NCBI GenBank assembly: GCA_016748015.1
Contig: JAAOMT010000030.1
Coordinates: 13,796-77,795, forward strand
Source of the DNA: Geosiphon pyriformis uo1
Taxonomy: Eukaryota; Fungi; Glomeromycota
Length of the DNA: 64,000 nucleotides
Direction: 5' to 3'
This document shows positions 53,801 to 64,000 of the stretch, piece after piece. The notes beneath the pieces were generated by a model that worked only from the letters and a program-made list of their open reading frames with translations, was not told the DNA's origin and did not search any database. Position 1 is the first letter of the stretch. Every line of letters begins with the position of its first letter. Made by a program: the position numbers and the translations under genes.

Positions 53801-54064
53801 AAAATTTGTGAGAAAAACCAACTTAAACTTATATTACAAAACAACATACTGGCTATATACAGTATTTAAACACTATTTAACAGTACTACTAGATGAAACT
53901 TTGAAAACTATTACAGTCAACAACATAGAACAAATGACAAACACCTAATTTGAAGTTCTACAAAAAGCAATACTGAGAGCAACATTCGAGTTTTTTACCA
54001 AAAACACAAACTTGGCTGAAATAAATGATTTTGCAGGAGCTTAATTTTAAAAAGAGAGGGATAA

Positions 54065-54973
54065 TGTTACTCGAATAGAAAAACCAAAAAGCTATGGAAA
54101 AACATGACAAAGAAATGTGACAAGAAAAACACAGTACAACTCAAGATAACATAGAACAAACATGAGCAATAACTAGCAATAATAAGCAATAACTAGCAAT
54201 AATGAGTAATAGCTAGCAATAATAAAACAATAGCTAGCAATAGTAAAGCAATTAAAAGCAATTCTATAAAACCAAAAGAATATATAAAAGCAAGTAGGTA
54301 TAGAAGTTAAAAAAAAGACAGTTAGTTAGTAATCAATTTTTATTTTGTATCCTATCTATCATATATTTATAGTCTGAAATACAATAATTATCAAAAAAAC
54401 CATAAAATTCAATTTACCAATTTATGTTTTCCAATCTTATGAATTTTAATTGAAATTAAAATCAGTATTTTCTACCTTATTCTGAAACAGATGCCATTAG
54501 CATAAATGCCTTGAACTTTTAACAATTTGGACCAATTGCTCTTGATCACAGCAATTGATGGAAACTAATTTTTTTCTTTTTTTTCTTTATTTTCTTTTTC
54601 TTTTTTCTTTTGTTTGGAGCAGTAACATAGAAAAATTGACTGTCTTGGAATAGACTTTGTAATAGTCTGGTAAAAGAAGGAAGCTCCCTCAAAGTTTTGG
54701 ATATTAATGTTATCTTAGTAGCTTATCAGAAGAGCAAAAAGACAATGCCAGATCCTAATAACTGTGCTCATTAGCGTGGAGAAAAAAGTTCACATTTATG
54801 AAAAACATTACAATTAATAAAAAACAAACTTTGTGCCTTATAACCAAAAAACTCAATGGGTAAATTCACATCCAGAAATAGACTTTCAGAGACTGATAAC
54901 ACTAATACTGTGGAAAGAGCAAAAGTAAAGCACCAAATATTATTACTATATTCCAACAAGTTTACTTATAACA
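54065..54973 (+). repeat. G4 3' LTR
   Basis: TGTTA..TAACA after PPT; gcaatagcta tandem array in U3. Confidence 0.92.
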
Positions 54974-54977
54974 TTAC

Positions 54978-55879
54978 TTATTATTTAATCAAATTATCAA
55001 ATATTATTACTTAATCAATAATCTGATTTGTACAATAGAAATTAAGATGATCAAATTACACAATACCTTGAACCATTTAACATAGTCAAAATTTGTCGAA
55101 ATTAATGAAAATTGGCTGAAATAATCAATAGTTTAGTAAAATAACTTGTAATTTGCTGAAATGTATCTTTAATTCACCCAAATTGTAGCAAAAAGAAAAG
55201 TGCAAGTTTAAAGACTAGTATTACAACAAGTTGTATAAAAGAAGAGCCTCTTTCTTCAAGAAAATGTATCTTTTCATAGTATCTTAACATAATATATTAC
55301 TTTAGATATCTTAATTAGAACAAATTATTTTTTACACATTCAAATAAAAATTAAATATTTGAAAACCAAATTCTTAAATTATTATACTTGAAATTCCCTC
55401 AAACACAACTAATATTTTGAAATTGATTAGCTACCAATTTCAGTAAATTGATTAGCTACCAATTTCAGTAAATTGTTAATAATTTCAGGTTTGGATAGAA
55501 AATGTTTCCCTTAACAGAATTTTATTTCTTTTATATTTTTTTTATTTTTTTGTTCTTTTCTTATTATAATCATTAGGGTAGTCTACAGACAAGATTCCTG
55601 TAGAAGAGTTGATTTTTACAGCAAAATAACTACACATTTTTAGTGAGCTTCTAAATAAGCAATTTCTGAGAAAAAGTTAACATTTACTACAATATAACTA
55701 CACAAAATAACTGGCACAAAATTGGCCATTCTACTTATAAGCCCAGCAATTCAAATTATAGGAGATAATTTGAAGATAAATTCAGTTACTGAAGATCCAA
55801 CTACTTTCTAAGAACATAAATTTACAGCAAATCAACATTAACAGCATTCAAAAAAAGAGACCAAAAACTTCTGGTAACA
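54978..55879 (+). repeat. G3 3' LTR, second part
   Basis: Matches 37959-38835 and carries an extra 25-bp tandem duplication at 55420-55469. Confidence 0.92.
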
Positions 55880-58600
55880 CCACACATGACTGGCACTCTT
55901 GTATGTTATCAATTCTGACTAAGCTGTAGCTTTTGCATGTTACAATCAAGCACAACATTGGTTTTGAATAGCCAGTCATTACCAACTAGTGCTTGTTACT
56001 GTGTAGTTTCATCACCAAAACTTTGATTGGTGTAATAATACCATTAATTTCAAATGAGAAATCATCAATCTTGTCAATAGGAGTTTTGGTTGCTTTATTA
56101 GTCATTATTATCCTGGTGCTAACAGCATGATTAACCTGACAACCTAATTGGTTTATGAGTTGTTGTGTAATAATACTGCCTGCTAACCCACTATTCAGAA
56201 TTAGTTTAATGGTCTGACTATTGACTTTGGTGTTAGTATACATAACAGTAATGAATTTGGTATTGAGTATGACTTCATTAAAAAGAAGCATTGCTGATTT
56301 CTTAAGTTTAAAGAGAAAAATGGCTGCAAGAGATTTGTCTTTCATAATAGTTGCTGAAAATATATTGCTAATAAATGGCTCTTGGTTGGTTTCCTATTTG
56401 TTAAATGTGGTGTCTCCTGAAATGACCAAGAAACTTAAATAGTTCTGAGAATTTAGATTTTGATTGTATCTGGTTCTCGAATTCCACTGTTGCAATCCTG
56501 ATAGTTGATTTGATAAACTGGGAATTGGTTAATGAACAACTATTGCTGATCTCCAGTTTTGTTGTATGGTTCTTGGTTTTTGGTTTCCATGTGACATTAG
56601 GGTTGAAATTTGTGGTAGTGTTTAAATTTACTGAGGTTGATATATTACTTGTGGCTGTGGTTGATAAATAACTGGTACTGAAGGCTGATATATTAGGGGT
56701 GAATATAATTGTTGCATTATTGGTGCTTAATAAATTGGTGGCTGCATTACTAGTAAGTAATCTAATTAATATAGTTCTGAGTTTGGTTAATATCTCTGAG
56801 TTTGAAACTAGCAATCAGAGTTTTAATATTGACTTCTTGATTATTGATTATTTAAGCAATAGTGGCAGTCGATTTGCAGGTGTTTTTGTTTACCACAATA
56901 ATAACAAACATATGTTTCTTGTTGCTACTGTTAATTGGTTGACAATAATAAACATAATTAATTTTAAAAACAATTAGAGTTTTTTTAATTGCTGTGTTGT
57001 TGTGAAGGTTGATAAATTGTCTAATTGTTGTTAGCTAAGTATTTCTCTAATTTCTGATTGATTGAATTACTGAATTGTTTCAATTTAGAATCCAAGTCAG
57101 ATAATCTATTCATTATTAGATTTATGGCTTGGGCATGATTGGCTTTTAATTTAGTGGCTTCAAAATCTCTGGTGTTGATGACAGTGGCTTGAAAATCTGT
57201 CAAATATAATGAACATATATGTTGAAGAATGCTATTGTGCAGGCCTCTAATAAATTGATTCAAAATTTGTGGTGCAGTAAAATAATCAGCTTGAATTGTT
57301 TGAATTTGGCACAGATTTCTGTAAAAACATTCTAAGTAAGTAGTGACTGCTTTAGTTTCTCTTTGTTTAATAGTAGTGACAATGTTAACTAAGCAGTTAA
57401 TGCTGTTATTATTGCTGAAATATTGTAAGAACTCAAGCTTAAATACATTGAAATCTTAGAGTTTGTTCACCAGGCTTTGATATCATGAGTCAACAGTATT
57501 CTGGAGAAAATATGGAATGGCTTGGAAGGCTCTTATGTCATTCCATCCATTGGCCATAATGGCTTTTTCAACATTATTGAGCCATATTTGGGCATCATTT
57601 TCTTTGCCAGTAAACTTTTTGAGTTTTGCTATTTGGGTGTAGGCCATTGAATCCAAGTTTGGTTGTTGTTGTTGTTGTTGAGGTGGTAATTGAATTTGAG
57701 ATTGTGACAGTGGCTATTGTTGTACGGCAACTGGTAGTGAGTTAATAATGATTACTAAAGGTAAGTATTGTTGATTATTAATGTCAAGATTTGGATCATT
57801 CTGATTTTGCTAAATTTGAATGATTGGAGTTTTTACAATCAGATTGTGGTAGTAAAATTCTTGATTGTCATTTTTCTTTTCTTTTGATTTAATTATCTCT
57901 AAGGAACTTGCAGTTTCGAAATCTGGTTGAAATAATGGTAATCAACATTTTGATGATGTTGGAGATCATGATTTGAATCCTTTAAAGTAATCACCATAAG
58001 TTTCCAATAATTCTGTTTTCTTTTGTTTACTTTAAAATAGGAGTTGTCCAAATGTTGATGTCACATTTAATGTGGACATGTTTGCTGATACAATATTAAT
58101 AGTACTTCTGGGTGTGTAATGATAGGATAGATATAGTGAAAATTTAATTCTTTGTTTCTTCCATATTGGTAATTGTATTTCTTTTGGGATTGCTGCTGGT
58201 GTTTGTAACTTTTCTTTACTCTTATCTGCATAGGTAATGAGGAATTGTTGTTGAGTGTATCTTTCAATTTTTTGATTAATTTCTCTAATAATTAGTGTAA
58301 AACTGTGATTTTATAGTAAGCTGGTGTGTTGGATTAATTCTGTATAAAAATTTTTTCTTGCTGATTTGATGTTAACTGGTCTTTCAAAAAAATCTGTGAT
58401 TCTTTTGTTAACATAAAAGTTGAAGGCTGATTCCGCTAGATAATGGTTGTTGGTTAAGCCCAATTGTTGGCTGTACTGTTGAAATAAATATTTAGAAAAT
58501 TCTAAATGGTTTGTTTTTATTATTTCTGATTCTGCCACTTTTGAATGATTGCTGTTGGTGCTGGTTTTCTGTAGAATTATATCTCATAGAAAGCACCAAA

Positions 58601-59422
58601 TGTTACAAGTGATTATTTGGAGTCTCAAATCAAATAACAAACCCATAACTTGGTGTTCAATTAATATATATTAATGTTGGTAATATTTGAAGGTTTTGTT
58701 GTAAAGTTTTTTGTACAATGAACAAAGATTCAATATTGATTATAGTAGCTTTTTGAAATTACAATTCCATCCAATTTTTTTCTTAGCTTGATGGCCAGAT
58801 TTATTCTGGCAGTCATGCCTTTCTAGTAAGCTATCTATTAATATATATATAATTTTACTCTTATTTTTGGGTTTTTTACCAGGCTATTCTTAATATTAAT
58901 AATTCAGCATTTAATCCTCAATCAATTAGTCAACAACAAAAAAAAATAAAATAAAAAAAAATAAAAAAAAATAAAGACAATAATAAGTTAATATCTTATC
59001 AATAACCATGATCAAGAGCTATTGGTCCAGTATAGTTAAGTATAAATTACTATCAACATGAAGTATTGATAGTGGAAAGTGGATTAAGATAGTGAATAAT
59101 TATTTATTGATATTTGTGATGTAAAAGGTTGCTTAAATAAAATTTAAACTGAAAGGTCTGTCTTTTCTGTTTCTAATGCTCTTGCTATATATATATAATT
59201 TAGGTTCTATGAGATTGCTCATATTTCTAAGCAATGTGCTATGATTTCTTGAGCAATGTGTCCTATTTTTCTAATATTGTTCCACATTGCTAAGCAATGT
59301 GCCATAATTTTTGACATTGCTTTATATTGCTTGAACAATGTGCTCATATGCTAACTACTATTCTCCTATTGGTCTATCTGTTTTTTCTATTATTTTCTTT
59401 CTATATTTTTCTATGAGTAACA
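58601..59422 (-). repeat. G2 5' LTR
   Basis: TGTTA..TAACA adjacent to the PBS; repeat of 31586-32447. Confidence 0.93.
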
Positions 59423-61593
59423 CTATAAAAGCTTTGAAAAAGCTATTAGACAAAATCAATTTTTTAAGTGATGGCAATAATAATAATGTCTTGTTAGATG
59501 CTCTATTATTCTTTCTCTCTTTTTTGAAAAATTTGGTTAATATTTTTGTCAGAAAATCTTTTGCTTTGAATATTGGCTTGAATAAAATGGCTGGAAAATC
59601 TTCTTAAGAAAAGCTTGTTGTAATTAGAAAATTATTTTCAAAAATCAATAGTTTTGAAGAAGCTTTTACTCTCTCAAAATTTTTAGGAATTATTAGAACA
59701 ATATTTACTTCTGAAATGAGTTTAATAAAAGCCATCAAAATAATTACTAGTGTAAAAATCATAATAAACACCAATCTTAAAAAAACCACTGAACATTTAG
59801 ATCAGGCTGTAGTGTTGAAGAAAATTCCAATTAAAACATCAGCTGAGGCTGTGTGTGCTGTGTTATCCGAATTTGGGTTAATTAAATCAATTAAGATGTA
59901 ACTGGTGGACCTATGGCAAAAGGCAATTGTTGAATTAGAAGATCAAAATTAGGCTGATCTTTTGGCTTTTAAGTGGTTTATTTTTATTGAGAAGAATGCT
60001 GTTCATGTGGCCAGGGCTGATCTTAATAAACAAACATGGAATTTTAAAAATTTTTATAGAATACTGCTCTATACTCTTCTTGTAGAAACTAATGCTTATG
60101 ACATCTGAAACTTCATTGTTTCAATGGATAGGAGAACATATATTATTGATTGTCATCCAGTTTTATATATTAGAAGCAAATATGTTGTTGTTTATTTTAA
60201 TTCTGCTAAATCATTAAACACTACTATAGAAATTATGCCCATGTTAAGGAATTTTAATTTGCATTGGTCTTATCTTAGTATTACCAAGTGTATTAAGTAT
60301 AAAAAATTTGGTTATATATCATTGAACTGTATATTGGATGGAAAAATATCTTCTGGTAGCTTTTCTTATAAGATTTAGTCAGAGGCAGATAAAAACAGGT
60401 TGGCATCTATTTATGCTAAGTGTTCAGCATTTGTGTCTTGTTTTGTCTTCTTTGGTGGTGTTTTTTAGACTAAGGTTATTGGTAAATTTTTTTTTCTTCT
60501 TTTTTCTGCACATAATAGTTTGGCTAGCTTTGGTTCTTTTTTGGAGATGAAATCTCTCCCATCTGTTGTAAATGAGTTGAAAAAACGTCTGGTTAGTATT
60601 AAAAACAGTTTTATCAGTCTCACAAGATGAATTGGTGAATTGGCTAAGAGATTGAAATTACTTGTGCTGGCAGTTTTCCAGTCTAACCCTAAATGTCAGC
60701 TGCCAGTGATCTCTTTCTCATCACAGAATTAAGTGGGTAATATAATGATAAGAGAAGACTTGAGTGAAACTACTAATGGCAAAACTGTTGAGATTTCAGG
60801 TTTTTCTATCTTTTTTGAAGTTGTTAAGCTAGAAAACATATTAAAAAGTCTTTTTGTTTTAGTGCTAAGTTTGTTGACATGTTTTGACAGTTTGGTTCTA
60901 GCTGGTAGTATACTTCTTCTACTTTCTTTTCAATAAATCATTTAGTTTGAAAAATTGCCACATGTAATATTAGAGATATAAATATTCTATTAAGTAAGAA
61001 AATGTTATTTGTTGATATAAGAATATGAACAATTTGATTTTTGTTGTTGCCAAAACTAAGTTAAGAGGAAAGGTTTATTCATAGATTATAAACAAATTTG
61101 ATGATATATGGGTGTTTATATCTGGTTTGAATTCTGGTTATTTGGATTTTGATATTACAATTATTATAAATAGTTCTTTGGTAAAACATGTATGTAAAGT
61201 TTTTGAAATGCTCGGGTGGCTCTTTATTGTCAAGTTACTCTTTAAGAATAAGCTTTTTGTCTTAATTTTGGGGTTTTACACTGGTACTTCTTTGGCAGCT
61301 TGTTTTTTTTAAACTGGTGAAATTGACTATCTGATAACAAAGATGGTAAATGAATTTTCTTTCATTATCTTGGATAGTAATTTCAATAAAAATGGTTTTC
61401 ACAGGTGTACCAGTTTCAAAAAATGCCTTGATTTAGGCCTGGTCAATTTTTTGTATGAGAATCTAGTTGCTAAAACATATATATAGAGTAATTTTCAGGG
61501 TGTTAAAAAACAATTAACTACATTTTTATTTTTTCAACCTTGGTTAATATGGTAGTGAATCATAAAATAATAGAAGTTAGAGTATTTTGACAC

Positions 61594-61960
61594 TATTACT
61601 TGAAAAAAAAAGTCTATTAAAGAAAGAAGAAAAAAAAATGTAATCTAAAGAAAAACGTGACAAAATGTGAATAGACACAGAATAACATACAATAACGTTG
61701 GATAATACATTATAATATAGGATAATGTGTTATAATACCAGATAATATAGAATAATATATTATAATGTAGGATAATGTGTTATAATACAAGATAACACAG
61801 AATAAGTGTAATAATATCAGATAATGTGTTATAACATAAAATAATTAGTTATAACATAAAAAAATGAAGCAATAACTAGCAAGAACAGACAATTTAAAGC
61901 AATTCTGTAAAACTAGAAAAATATGTATATATAACAGTAGCATTAGAAGCAAAAAAACAG
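61594..61960 (+). repeat. Partial LTR (U3 to TATA region) inserted in the LINE C endonuclease
   Basis: Starts TATTAC; same U3 repeat array as 7740-7925; cut by the next LTR. Confidence 0.8.
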
Positions 61961-62889
61961 TGTTATAGATGATTATTTGGAGTCTCAAATCAAATAACAA
62001 ACTCGTAACTTGGTGCTTAATAGCTAAATTATATTGGTAATATTTAAAGATTTTTGTATCTAAAGATTTTGGTTGAGTTCTTTGTATAATAGACAGAGAT
62101 TCAATAGTTGTTTTATCTGTAGCTTCCCGGAATCACAATTCCATCAATTTTTTTCTCAGCTTAGTGGCTGGCAATTCTCTGGTAAGCAATCTGTAGTTTT
62201 TATGATTTCTACCCATTCACAGGGGTCTTTTACCAGGCAATTTTTGATATTAATAATTTAGCACTTAATCCTTAATCAATTAGTTAACAACAAAAGAAAA
62301 TAAAAAAAATAAAATAAAATAAAATAAAATAAGAAATAAGTGTTTTGTTAATAGCCATAATTAAGAGCTATTGTGCCAATAGATTAAGTAGTAAATAATA
62401 ACATGAATTTGATGATAATAAATAATTTTATTAATAAGAGAATAATTTCACTTTAAATTATAGAAAACTATCTTTTGAAGAAAGGGGTATTGTTCTAAAT
62501 TAATATAAATTCTATTGAATTTGCCAGGAATTTTTTTTTGGCTGTCTTTTTAACTTCTATAACTACTTGCTTTTATACATTCTTTTGGTTTTACAGGATT
62601 GTTTTCAATTGTCTTGTTATTGTTAGCTATTGCTTTGCTATTTCTGTTATAACTAATTATCCTATTTTATAACATATTATTTGACATTATTACATATTAT
62701 TCTGTGTTATCTTGTATTATAACACATTATTCTATGTTATAATACGTTATTTTGTCTTATCTTGTATTATAACACATTATCTTATGTTATAATGCATTAT
62801 CCAACATTATTACATATTATTCTGTGTTTCTTTATGTTTTATTACGTTTTTTTTTCTTTCTTGAATAGGCTTTTTTTCTTTAAGTAACA
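61961..62889 (-). repeat. Solo, apparently recombinant LTR without matching TSD
   Basis: TGTTA..TAACA. U5 resembles G1/G2, U3 resembles the 7688/61594 LTRs. Flanks ACAG vs ATGT. Confidence 0.85.
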
Positions 62890-63509
62890 ATGTACTAGTC
62901 TCATCTTGTTTCAACTAAGTGTGCCAAGTATGAAAACTTAGGTCATATTTTCTTGAACTGTGTTGTTGGTAAAAAAATTCTTGTTGATAACTTGTTAAGA
63001 AAAGTCTTTTTAAATGCTAATAAAAGTAGACTGGCAGCCATTTATGTTAGATGGTCAGCTTTAGTTGCTCATCTTGTTTCTTTTAGTGGTGTCTTTTGGA
63101 GTAAAATTGTTAGTGGGTCTTTTTTTTTCCCTTTTTTACATGTAATAGTTTGGCTAATACTGGTTCTTTTTTAAAAATAAAACTTCTTCCACTTGCTATG
63201 AGTAAAATAGAGTTATGTTTAGTTAGTATTAAAAGCAGTCTTGCCAGCTTTGCAGAACAAATTGGTAAGCTGGTTAAGAGATTAAAGTCACTTATGCTAG
63301 CAGTTTTTTAGTCTAGTCCTAAATGTCAGCTGTCAGTAACTTTCCTATTACAAGATCAAATGAGTAATATAGTAATAGAAAAAAATTTGGGTAAGACTAC
63401 TAGTGGCAAGACTGTTATGGTTTTAGGTTTGTTTGTCTCTTCTGAAGTTGTTAAATTGGAAAATATATTAGAGGATCTTTCTGCTTTAGTGCTGAGTTTG
63501 TTGACATAT
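62890..63509 (+). mobile_element. LINE D ORF1 C-terminal fragment
   Basis: CAKYENLGHIFLNC knuckle, SRLAAIY and EVVKLENILEDLSALVLSL; paralogous to 60260-60880. Confidence 0.85.
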
Positions 63510-64000
63510 TGTTATTTATAGAATATAGAAATCACATTAATATATACATTAGCCAAACAGAAGTAGACATAGTAAAATAAGAAATTTCAGAATTTCTCTC
63601 AGAGAAATTGCAGGATTCTAGAATTATAGAATTTTTATATAAGAAATCACAGAATTTCAGAATTCCAAGATTTTTTTCAGAGAAATTTCAGAATTTTAGG
63701 AATTCCAGAATTCTTGGCTTAAAGAATTAAAGAATTGAGAAATCTCAATTATGTATATATAATAATAGCATTAGAAGCAGAAAAAGAAAATCAATTCAAA
63801 TAACTTCTAGTTCAAAACATCTTAGTCAAAATTATTAATATTAATAAAATAATTATTTGCCATTTAAATCTATCTTCTTACTATTAACATTTTATGTTAA
63901 TAGTATCTAATACTTAATTACACTAAAATAATAGCTTTTGATTATGGCTATTGATAGAATACTAAGCTTTACTGGTCTTGGCTTATTTCTTTATTTTTTT
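63510..64000 (+). repeat. G1-like LTR running off the window end
   Basis: TGTTA start. cagaagtagacatagtaaaata and gaattccagaatt repeats match the reverse complement of the G1 U3. Confidence 0.85.

Larger units (their letters stand above)
46882..54973 (+). mobile_element. G4: Ty3/gypsy element (8.1 kb) with an internal deletion removing dUTPase and the RT N-terminus
   Basis: LTRs 46882-47800 and 54065-54973; perfect TTAC TSD; PBS 47801-47818; PPT aaaaagagagggataa. Domains: gag with CYYC.KFGHIAQDC, PR ~49980-50400, RT-RH 50742-51856, IN 51867-53234, ORF3 53288-54050. Confidence 0.95.
37864..55879 (+). mobile_element. G3: Ty3/gypsy element with dUTPase, inserted just after the G2 protease; its 3' LTR is split by G4
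   Basis: Perfect CCAC TSD; G2 frame VPVMCG|HFKP is restored. Domains: gag ~38836-40740, PR 40887-41300, Cys-rich ~41480-42120, dUTPase ~42250-42660 (AGYDL, VIDAEY, RGMQGFGS), RT-RH ~43100-44503, IN 44559-45933, ORF3 ~46180-46780. Confidence 0.95.
31586..59422 (-). mobile_element. G2: Ty3/gypsy element related to G1, containing nested G3 and G4
   Basis: LTRs 31586-32447 and 58601-59422; perfect CTAT TSD; PBS 58583-58600; PPT 32448-32462. Domains: gag ~56400-58538, PR ~55884-56345, Cys-rich ~36990-37620, dUTPase ~36330-36720, RT ~35160-35900, IN ~33155-34460, ORF3 ~32463-33096. Confidence 0.95.
31157..61593 (+). mobile_element. LINE C (5' UTR, ORF1, endonuclease part of ORF2); segments 31157-31585 and 59427-61593, split by G2 and truncated by an LTR
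   Basis: 5' UTR and ORF1 homology to LINE B. The frame KT|IKALKKLLDKIN is restored on removing G2. Stops at YFDT of the endonuclease TDH motif. Confidence 0.9.

Noticed and set aside
53288-54050. env gene or chromodomain downstream of integrase
   Set aside because: No signal peptide, transmembrane segment or chromodomain aromatic-cage pattern visible; kept as unknown ORF3.
61594-62889. Terminal-inverted-repeat DNA transposon (inverted ~350-bp ends)
   Set aside because: The inverted arms are U3 regions of two oppositely oriented LTRs; flanks do not form a TSD and no transposase is present.

Overview
AT-rich eukaryotic (fungal-type) genomic DNA made almost entirely of nested, decayed retrotransposons. 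By recollection of similar proteins it is most likely a Glomeromycotina genome such as Geosiphon; this is inference and was not searched. It holds several RNase H-containing LINEs: A 1206-9030 (-), B 13237-29890 (+), C 31157-61593 (+), plus fragments. It also holds four Ty3/gypsy LTR elements delimited by TGTTA...TAACA LTRs, PBS, PPT and perfect 4-bp target-site duplications. G1 (17802-27702) sits in LINE B, and G2 (31586-59422) > G3 (37864-55879) > G4 (46882-54973) form a nest inside LINE C. Several solo or partial LTRs and three N gaps are present. The only host-like gene is a CpG-retaining Crinkler-type protein kinase locus (10599-12143, -) with a duplicated 5' end. The most notable signal is the unusual gypsy architecture. 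A Cys-rich domain and a dUTPase lie between protease and RT. Pol stops right after RNase H at the same codon in three divergent copies, with integrase in a separate +1 frame. A conserved non-env ORF3 precedes the 3' LTR. The repeats show pervasive C:G->T:A transitions that are not restricted to CpG or CpA. All TE ORFs are pseudogenised, and domain boundaries are approximate, hand-read values.
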